Origin: a virus
Taxonomy: Duplodnaviria > Caudoviricetes
Reading direction: 5' to 3' (one strand)
Virus record (IMG/VR): IMGVR_UViG_3300009593_000019
Span: 1 to 61,109 of that record
Length of the DNA: 61,109 bases
A program made the translations under genes and the position numbers. Below the pieces are notes generated by a model. It was given only the letters and a program-made list of their open reading frames with translations. It had not been told where the DNA came from and did not search any database. This document shows, piece after piece, positions 53,790 to 61,109 of the stretch (within the stretch, counting starts at the first letter, position 1; the number at the start of each line of letters is the position of its first letter).

Positions 53790-56354
53790 ATGAAGTTTAA
53801 TAAGAAGATTACAAACCTTCTGCAAGGTCAGTTACCTGAATTTGCATTAGAACAGCATCCTAAATTTTTAGAGTTTGTCAAAACTTATTTCCAGTTAATG
53901 GAATCTGCTGAACTGCAAATTACTTCTTCACAATCTACAGATGGTATCTTACTAGAAACAGAAACAGGTCAATCTAATAATTTAATATTAGACGCAAGTA
54001 GACTTGGTTCAGAAGCAACTCAAATAGACGCCGGTTCTAAAATCTTACAAGAGACTTCTTCTTTTGGTAAGTTTACAACTGGTGAAACAATTAAAGGCGA
54101 AACATCAAACGCAACTGCTGTTATATTAGCAGAAGATTTAGTTAACAATAGATTATTCATTACAGCAGAAGATAAATTTATAGAAGGTGAAACGGTTACA
54201 GGTATTTCTTCTCAAGCGTCTGGTGTATCAGGAACTTATAGACCTAATCCTGTAAAAACAATACAAGACTTATTATCATTTAGAGATCCAGATAAAGTTA
54301 TCTCACACTTCTTATCTCAATTTAGAAATGAAGTATTAAATACAATACCTGAAAATTTAACAGACAATCTAAACAAAAGAGAATTAATTAAAAGAGTTAA
54401 ATCTTTGTATCGTACTAAAGGTACTGCAAAAGGACACGAATTATTTTTTAGATTATTATTTGGTATCTCTTCTGAAACATTTTATCCTAAAGAACAAATG
54501 CTTAGAGTATCAGATGGTGAGTTTACTTCAAACACAATATTAAGATGTATTAATTCAGTCGGTGATACTGGTAAATTAATTGGAAGAAAAGTTGAAGGTA
54601 TTACTTCTGGTGCAACTGCGATTGTAGAAAACATATCTCGTTTTCAGATTTCAAGTGAAGTTGTATCTGAATTTTTATTAAACCAAGAAAGTATTGTAGG
54701 TACATTCCAAGTAGGTGAAACTATTAGAGGTACTGAAACTGATACAGACGACTTGTATATTAAAACAACTATCACAGGTATACCTGGACAATTTACAATT
54801 ACAAATGATGGTTCTCTATTTGAAGAATCTGACATTGTAGATTTAATAGGTGGTGGTGCTGGTGCAAATTGTCAAGTTGCTGAAATAGGTGCTGGACAAA
54901 TTACAGATTTTTATATAAATGCTTCTGGTACACAATATCAAATAGGCGACAAACTAGTTTTCAATAATGCAAATACAAATGGTGCCGGTGCAATAGCAGA
55001 AGTTGCTGTTGTTAATGGTGCAATTGCAGGAGAAACTGGAAGTGGTTACGACCATATTATATTTGAAGACGCAACAAGTAAGAATGATATTAACCCAGGC
55101 AGTAAAATGGTTTTAGAATCTGGTCTAGGTGATATTACAGATATAAGATTAATTAAAGGTGGTTCTGGTTATACTAAAATACCTACGGTTACAATTACTT
55201 CTGATAATGGTTTGTCTGCTGAGATTTACGCATACGGAAAAGATATTGGAAAACTTCTAGGTATCAATACGGTTGAACCTGGTTTCAAACACGATTTAAG
55301 TCCATCTCCACCAACGGTTAAATTACCACAATCAATTATTATATTACTATCTTCAGGTAATTATGCTGTAGGAGAAACGGTTACTGGTGGAACTTCAGGT
55401 AGTACAGGTGTTGTATTATCTTGGGACGCAACAAGAGGTCTATTAAGATTAAAAGATGTTAGTGGTGCATTTATAGGACACGAAGTTATGACTGGTGGTC
55501 TTTCTTCGGTAACTGGTCTAATGGCAAAAACAGATTTAGCAACTGCAACGGTTAATGTTGTAGGTACTTCAACAAGTGAAGGTAAATATATTTCAGAAGA
55601 TGGTCACTTATCAGAAACAACTATGAAGATACAAGATAGTTTATACTATCAGGACTTTTCTTATGTTATTAAAGTAGGTCGTACTATTGATGAATGGAGA
55701 GACGCATTTAAAAAGACAATGCACCCTGCTGGTTTCTACTTTACTGCACAAGTAAATATTGAAAGTAGACTTAATGCGAAAAATAGAATGCCTGTTATTG
55801 GTAGGGTTACTGGTATTGAGGCAAGTCCATTTATTTCAGTATTGAATACATTGTTTGGTACAATCTTTGGAAGAAGACTAGGTACAATAGATGATGGTAC
55901 TACATTAAGAGGTACTGGTTCTAACGATAGACAATTAGGTTTACCTGCTGATGTTGTACAATCTGCTCTTTCACCTTTTGCAACTAACACAAGAGACTTA
56001 ACTCTACATAGAACAAAAATAAGTTTCACATTTCAATTTAAACCGTTTTATAATTTTAGAACGGTTAATACAAACTTTGGGTCAGTATATGCAGGACCAA
56101 GATTAAGAAGTTTCAATAAATACTTTCAACAATCAATGTCTGCTTCTGCAATGAATTGGGCAAGAGTAGCAGAATTAAAGGCAATAGGTACAAATACTAA
56201 TGCTGATGGTACAGACTTGCAATATGGTGATTTAACTACTATTGCAAAGACATATATTACATATCCTGCTACGGTTTTAGTGCCTCAAGGTAGATTTAGT
56301 AATACACAGAAAAAATTTAGTAGCGGAACAGCGAGATTTGACTCAACTGCTTAA
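53790..56354 (+). CDS. gp7: Baseplate wedge initiator (gp7-like)
   Basis: QLPEF....P.FLEF...Y, LY.TKGT...LFFRLLF and IQDS.YYQDFSYVIK...HPAGF motifs. Confidence 0.75.
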   Translation: MKFNKKITNLLQGQLPEFALEQHPKFLEFVKTYFQLMESAELQITSSQSTDGILLETETGQSNNLILDASRLGSEATQIDAGSKILQETSSFGKFTTGETIKGETSNATAVILAEDLVNNRLFITAEDKFIEGETVTGISSQASGVSGTYRPNPVKTIQDLLSFRDPDKVISHFLSQFRNEVLNTIPENLTDNLNKRELIKRVKSLYRTKGTAKGHELFFRLLFGISSETFYPKEQMLRVSDGEFTSNTILRCINSVGDTGKLIGRKVEGITSGATAIVENISRFQISSEVVSEFLLNQESIVGTFQVGETIRGTETDTDDLYIKTTITGIPGQFTITNDGSLFEESDIVDLIGGGAGANCQVAEIGAGQITDFYINASGTQYQIGDKLVFNNANTNGAGAIAEVAVVNGAIAGETGSGYDHIIFEDATSKNDINPGSKMVLESGLGDITDIRLIKGGSGYTKIPTVTITSDNGLSAEIYAYGKDIGKLLGINTVEPGFKHDLSPSPPTVKLPQSIIILLSSGNYAVGETVTGGTSGSTGVVLSWDATRGLLRLKDVSGAFIGHEVMTGGLSSVTGLMAKTDLATATVNVVGTSTSEGKYISEDGHLSETTMKIQDSLYYQDFSYVIKVGRTIDEWRDAFKKTMHPAGFYFTAQVNIESRLNAKNRMPVIGRVTGIEASPFISVLNTLFGTIFGRRLGTIDDGTTLRGTGSNDRQLGLPADVVQSALSPFATNTRDLTLHRTKISFTFQFKPFYNFRTVNTNFGSVYAGPRLRSFNKYFQQSMSASAMNWARVAELKAIGTNTNADGTDLQYGDLTTIAKTYITYPATVLVPQGRFSNTQKKFSSGTARFDSTA

Positions 56355-56361
56355 AATCGGT

Positions 56362-56369
56362 TATAAATA
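56362..56369 (+). promoter_or_regulatory. T4-type late promoter TATAAATA
   Basis: Exact consensus. Confidence 0.8.
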
Positions 56370-56390
56370 TTAGGATAGGAAGATAAAAAT

Positions 56391-58013
56391 ATGGCAAAAC
56401 AAAGTATAGGATTAGGAACCACAGCGAATGACGGCACAGGTGATAACCTGCGTGTAGGTGGTGATAAGGTCAACGATAATTTTGATGAAATTTACACGGC
56501 CTTAGGCGACGGTTCGTCATTACAGATAACAACTAGTGGTGCTTCTTCTAACCAAGTACTTCAATGGAATACTTCTAATAATAGATTTGAACCAACTGCT
56601 TCTGCGGCTGCAGGAGATATATCCGTAGACACAACTCCACAACTTGGTGGTGATTTAGATGTTAACGGAAACAATATTATATCACAAGGAAATGCTGATA
56701 TTAATATTATACCTAATGGTACTGGTAGAGTTAAATTTGGTTCTTTAAGATTTCCTACAGGTGCTGGTACTTCAACATATGTACTTGCAACTGACGGTGC
56801 TGCCGATATGTACTGGAAACAAGTAGGTTCTGTAATTAACTTATCTGCTGATAGTGGAACAAACGACCAATATACGGTAGGTGATGTTCTTAACTTTACT
56901 GGTGGTACAGGATTAACTTCAACGGTTTTAGATGACACAATTAAATTTGATATAGATTCAAATGTCGTAACCTTAGCAGATAACCAAACTCTTTCAAACA
57001 AAACAATAGACAATCCTGTTTTTACAGGAACTTCTTCTGGTAATGTTCAAATTAGAGCTGCAACTCTTGGTTCTTATATTGCACAAGGTGGAACTGCTCT
57101 TGCAGGATTTGAAAATGCAACAACTTATGCTGGTGCGTTTGCTGTTGATACAACAACTTATAAATCTTACTATGCCGCTAACGGTGTATGGAATGAACTT
57201 GTATCTTCTGCTTCATCTATAGATGTATTATCAGATGTAGACACAACTACACAAGCACCTACAAGTGGTCAAGCATTAATATGGAATGCCGGTTCAAGTC
57301 AATGGAGACCTACGACATTATCTGTACCTGTATCTGCTGATAGTGCGCCAAGTTTAGGTGGTAATTTAGATACTGCCGGTTATACAATTCAAGGAACTGG
57401 TAAAATAAGTTTAAGTGGTTCTGGTTCTGTTGTTAAATCAGATTTCGTTAACACAGCGTCATTACCTAACGCAACAAATAGTGTTGGTGCCTTTGCGGTA
57501 ACAACAAATAATAATCTTGCTCTTTTTGCAACCTCTTCAGGTTGGATAGGATTACTATCTGAAAATGATGGTATCAATTCGTTTACAGATGTAGACACAA
57601 CAACTAATCCTCCGTCTTATGGACAAGTATTAGTATATGAGAATGTTGCAGGTGTAGGAAGATGGAGACCTAATGATTATACTCCTGCTACTAGAGTATC
57701 AGCACAATTTACGGTAACTGCAAATGGTTCAACTGATTTTGTATTTAATGGTGATGGTTTTCCATCAGCACAAAATGACCCAGTTTTATACTTAAAGAAA
57801 GGTCTTACATATCAATTCGTAATGAACCAAGGTGGTTCACATCCTTTTGAAATTAGAACTGCGTCAGGTGGTTCTGCATATTCTTTCGGAGTAACCAATA
57901 ACGGTGCTTCTTCAGGAACACTAACATTTACGGTACCAATGAATGCTCCGTCAACATTGTATTATCAATGTACTTCACATAGTGGTATGGGAGCAGTAAT
58001 TAATATAGATTAA
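56391..58013 (+). CDS. Baseplate/tail-fibre connector protein (gp9/gp10-like N-terminus) with repeats and C-terminal cupredoxin-like domain
   Basis: MAKQ.I..G..ANDGTGD.LR.GG.K.N.NF.E.Y N-terminus; LYYQCTSHSGMG tail. Confidence 0.7.
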   Translation: MAKQSIGLGTTANDGTGDNLRVGGDKVNDNFDEIYTALGDGSSLQITTSGASSNQVLQWNTSNNRFEPTASAAAGDISVDTTPQLGGDLDVNGNNIISQGNADINIIPNGTGRVKFGSLRFPTGAGTSTYVLATDGAADMYWKQVGSVINLSADSGTNDQYTVGDVLNFTGGTGLTSTVLDDTIKFDIDSNVVTLADNQTLSNKTIDNPVFTGTSSGNVQIRAATLGSYIAQGGTALAGFENATTYAGAFAVDTTTYKSYYAANGVWNELVSSASSIDVLSDVDTTTQAPTSGQALIWNAGSSQWRPTTLSVPVSADSAPSLGGNLDTAGYTIQGTGKISLSGSGSVVKSDFVNTASLPNATNSVGAFAVTTNNNLALFATSSGWIGLLSENDGINSFTDVDTTTNPPSYGQVLVYENVAGVGRWRPNDYTPATRVSAQFTVTANGSTDFVFNGDGFPSAQNDPVLYLKKGLTYQFVMNQGGSHPFEIRTASGGSAYSFGVTNNGASSGTLTFTVPMNAPSTLYYQCTSHSGMGAVINID

Positions 58014-58032
58014 TAGAGTTAATGAGAAGATG

Positions 58033-58040
58033 TATAAATA
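58033..58040 (+). promoter_or_regulatory. T4-type late promoter TATAAATA
   Basis: Exact consensus. Confidence 0.8.
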
Positions 58041-58065
58041 TATCAAAGAACATAGGAATTAAACA

Positions 58066-59526
58066 ATGCCAGCAATTATAACAAACAAATTTAGAAGAAA
58101 TAACGCTCAGCAATTTGAAGAATCTTTTGGTGAAGCGTCTCCTAATATCTATTATCTAGGTATAGGAAAACCTTCTGCGTTTGGTACTAAAACTAGACCA
58201 GATGGTAGAACAGAAAATATTGGAACAGATAGTGCTCCAGTAACCCCAGCGGATTCAGTACAAGATGAGTATGATACTTTTGATGATTTACTTGCCGCTA
58301 AAAGAATTACAAGCTCAGATGTAAGTTTCGCTTGTCCTAGAATTAACTGGACAACAAATACAACTTATGATATTTACAGACACGACTATGGAAACAGAAT
58401 TACTGGTTCCACTAATTTACAAAGTGCTCATAGTGGTGCAACTAATTTATATGATTCAAATTTCTATGTTTTAAATTCCAACTTCAATGTTTATAAGTGT
58501 TTAGATAACGATAATAACACACCTTCAACGGTTGAACCTACTGGCGAGTCAACTTTGATTTTAGAAACTGCTGATGGATACAAATGGAAATATATGTACA
58601 CTATGTCTGCTGCTCAACAAGCAAACTTCTTGTCAACAGACTTTATGGGAGTTTCAACTAACTCAACGGTTACAAACAACGCAACAGACGGTGATGTTAA
58701 TATAATCAAAATTAAAACTGCTGGTACAGGTGGTACTGCTGGAACTTATACAAACATTCCTTTAAGAGGAGATGGTTCTGGTGGAACTTGTACGGTTACG
58801 GTTTCAAGTGGTTCGGTTACTTCTGTTATCGCAACAGGAACACCATCAGGATATACTTTTGCAAATGTAAGAGTAGCAGATATTAATGCTGCCGGTGCTG
58901 GTGCTTTAACTGGTGCTGAACTAGATTGTATTATTGAACCAAAAGGTGGTCACGGTTTTGACCCATTTGAAGAATTAGGTGCTTTCTTTGTGATACTTAA
59001 TACTTCTTTTGAAGGTGCTGAAACTGCAAACTCTGGTGACTTTACAACTGCAAACGATTTTAGAAGAGTTGCATTGATTAGGGATCCTAAATCTGCTGGT
59101 TCGGCTGCAACGACAGCAACATTAAGAGCAACTAAAGCTGTTAGATTAAATTCAGGTGCTGGTACTTTTCAATCAGACGAAGTAATTACTCAAACAAACA
59201 CAGGTGCTGTTGGTAAAGTAGTAGAATTTGATACTGCAAACAATATCTTATTTTACACGCAAACAAGATATAATGACGAAGGTGTTGACGCAAGTGGAGA
59301 CGGAACTTTATTTAGTGGTACAAATGTAATCACAGGTTCAACTTCTAGTGCAACTGGAACACCTACAGGTAATACTGAAACGGTTAACAATGTTTCTTTA
59401 GTTTCTGGTTATTCAACTTCTGAAATTGACGCTGACTCTGGCGATGTAATGTACATTGAGAACAGAGCACCTGTTAATAGAAGTGCTGACCAAACGGAGA
59501 ATGTTAAGTTAATCATAGAATTTTAA
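58066..59526 (+). CDS. gp8: Baseplate wedge subunit (gp8-like)
   Basis: MPAIIT.KFR, VYKCLDN, DGY.WKYMY, P.GGHG and Y.ENR...Q.E.VKL..EF motifs. Confidence 0.88.
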   Translation: MPAIITNKFRRNNAQQFEESFGEASPNIYYLGIGKPSAFGTKTRPDGRTENIGTDSAPVTPADSVQDEYDTFDDLLAAKRITSSDVSFACPRINWTTNTTYDIYRHDYGNRITGSTNLQSAHSGATNLYDSNFYVLNSNFNVYKCLDNDNNTPSTVEPTGESTLILETADGYKWKYMYTMSAAQQANFLSTDFMGVSTNSTVTNNATDGDVNIIKIKTAGTGGTAGTYTNIPLRGDGSGGTCTVTVSSGSVTSVIATGTPSGYTFANVRVADINAAGAGALTGAELDCIIEPKGGHGFDPFEELGAFFVILNTSFEGAETANSGDFTTANDFRRVALIRDPKSAGSAATTATLRATKAVRLNSGAGTFQSDEVITQTNTGAVGKVVEFDTANNILFYTQTRYNDEGVDASGDGTLFSGTNVITGSTSSATGTPTGNTETVNNVSLVSGYSTSEIDADSGDVMYIENRAPVNRSADQTENVKLIIEF

Positions 59527-59538
59527 AGAGGAAAATAA

Positions 59539-61109
59539 ATGCCAAGTCCAACTGACTTTAACCTCTCGCCGTACTTTGATGACTTCTCGGAAGATAAAAA
59601 CTTCCATAGAATTCTTTTTAGACCAGCATTTGCTGTACAGGCTAGAGAGTTAACTCAATCACAAACGATACTACAGAACCAATTTGAAAAAATGGGTAAC
59701 CATATTTTTGAATCTGGTGCTCAAATGATTCCTGGTGAGATTACTTTTGACTTGGAATATTACGCAATCAAACTTACTTCTTTTGCTGGTACTACAGATT
59801 TATCACAATTTCTTGGACTAGAAATGACAGGACAAACTTCTGGTGTAAAAGCAAAAGTTATCAATACAGATGTTGCAACTTCAACGGATCCTGCAACTCT
59901 ATATGTTAAGTATACAAGAACTGGTACTAGTACTCAAACACCAGACTTTGTAGCACCTGAAACTATTTTAGGTGTACACCCAACACTAGGTAATTTAACT
60001 GGTGTTGTTATGTCTGCTGAAACTGGTTCTGCGGCTGCGATTGCAGCTGGTACTTATTACATTAATGGTTATGCTGTTAATGTTGCTGAACAAACAATTG
60101 TATTAGACAAGTATACAAACACACCTTCTTATAGAGTAGGTTTATTAATTACAGAAAGTTTTATTACACCTAACCTAGATACTTCTCTAGTAGATAACGC
60201 TGCCGGTTCGTCAAACGCAAACGCACCTGGTGCTCACAGATTTAAAATTGCGTTAACACTATCTAAACTATCAACTTCATCTATAGAAGACTCAAACTTT
60301 GTTGAGTTAATGAGATTACAAGATGGTAGATTACAGAATAGAGTTAGAACTACAGAATATTCTATATTAGAAGATACACTTGCTAGAAGAACTGCTGACG
60401 AAAGTGGTGACTATACAATCAGACCTTTTGATTTAGATATTAGAGAACATTTAGATAATGGTGCTAACAATAGAGGTATCTATACTTCTGCAAATGGTGG
60501 TGACGCTAATAAACTTGCATTAGGATTATCTCCTGGTAAAGCATATGTAAGAGGATATGAAATTGATAAAGTAGGTACAACTTTTGTAGATGTTGACAAA
60601 CCAAGAAGTACAGGAACTGAAAATGGTTTCAATACTATCTTTGATGTTGGAAACTTTATGAATGTATCTAACGCATACAACGCTCCAGATATTAACTTTG
60701 TAACCGGTAAGTCTGAAGCATTTAAAACACTACAATTAAAACTTGCTAATTCAAGTTATGTTGCTGGTAATATCTCAACAAATGTAGAAAACAAAGTATT
60801 AGACATAGGTAGAGCAAAATCTAAAGGTTACGAATTTAACGCAACAACAGGTTCTGGTATCGGTAGTGCTTCAAACTTAGCACCATCTTCTCAAAATATA
60901 TTTAAACATTATCTATTTGATATGGAAATGTTTAGTCATATTAAGATACCAACTAATCAAACATTTACAGATGGTGAATTAATAACTGGTGGTACTTCAG
61001 GTGCAACTGGTACAAAAGAAAGTGTATCAACAAATACAACTTCTGCAATCACTTCATCTACGGCTGCAAATCCTGTTGTAATTACAATGACTGCTGATTT
61101 AGAAATCAA
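59539..61109 (+). CDS. Large virion structural protein (DUF4815/VrlC-like), 3'-truncated
   Basis: N.SPYFDDF...F.RILFRP..AVQARELTQ.Q.ILQNQ, APGAHR and ARRT.DESGDY motifs; runs off the window. Confidence 0.85.
   Translation, partial: MPSPTDFNLSPYFDDFSEDKNFHRILFRPAFAVQARELTQSQTILQNQFEKMGNHIFESGAQMIPGEITFDLEYYAIKLTSFAGTTDLSQFLGLEMTGQTSGVKAKVINTDVATSTDPATLYVKYTRTGTSTQTPDFVAPETILGVHPTLGNLTGVVMSAETGSAAAIAAGTYYINGYAVNVAEQTIVLDKYTNTPSYRVGLLITESFITPNLDTSLVDNAAGSSNANAPGAHRFKIALTLSKLSTSSIEDSNFVELMRLQDGRLQNRVRTTEYSILEDTLARRTADESGDYTIRPFDLDIREHLDNGANNRGIYTSANGGDANKLALGLSPGKAYVRGYEIDKVGTTFVDVDKPRSTGTENGFNTIFDVGNFMNVSNAYNAPDINFVTGKSEAFKTLQLKLANSSYVAGNISTNVENKVLDIGRAKSKGYEFNATTGSGIGSASNLAPSSQNIFKHYLFDMEMFSHIKIPTNQTFTDGELITGGTSGATGTKESVSTNTTSAITSSTAANPVVITMTADLEI

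Overview
This window is a 61-kb segment of an AT-rich, T4-like (myovirus) phage genome, most likely from a marine alphaproteobacterial phage of the pelagimyophage type. The host is inferred from a two-piece permuted tmRNA and alpha-type LexA-like boxes. From left to right it carries: late virion genes, a spanin pair and secreted proteins (1-10.6 kb); primase, class Ia nrdAB and a RuvC-like resolvase; a sigma70-driven block of small early genes and lipoproteins; glutaredoxin, RNase H, two candidate endolysins and an exonuclease; the tmRNA; gp33-gp59-gp32; and the tail/baseplate cluster (gp2, gp54-like, gp26/gp51, tape measure, gp4, gp48, gp53, gp27-like, gp5, PAAR, gp25, gp6, gp7, gp9/10-like, gp8, VrlC-like). 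An accessory island with IscA, an NfuA/NifU-like protein and a 2OG-Fe(II) oxygenase interrupts the baseplate cluster. The most notable non-ORF signals are: (1) a glutamine (glnA-type) riboswitch directly behind a T4 late promoter and upstream of a small basic protein; (2) a phage-encoded circularly permuted tmRNA with tag GNNNFALAA; (3) a likely programmed -1 frameshift fusing gp26 to gp51; (4) a tandem RNA hairpin motif with an identical 16-nt core on different stems, next to a wHTH gene; (5) a conserved TAGGTGCTTGACAA promoter class, several apparently leaderless genes, and two GTTC-N7-GTTC boxes. All calls come from reading the sequence by eye; no database searches were run.
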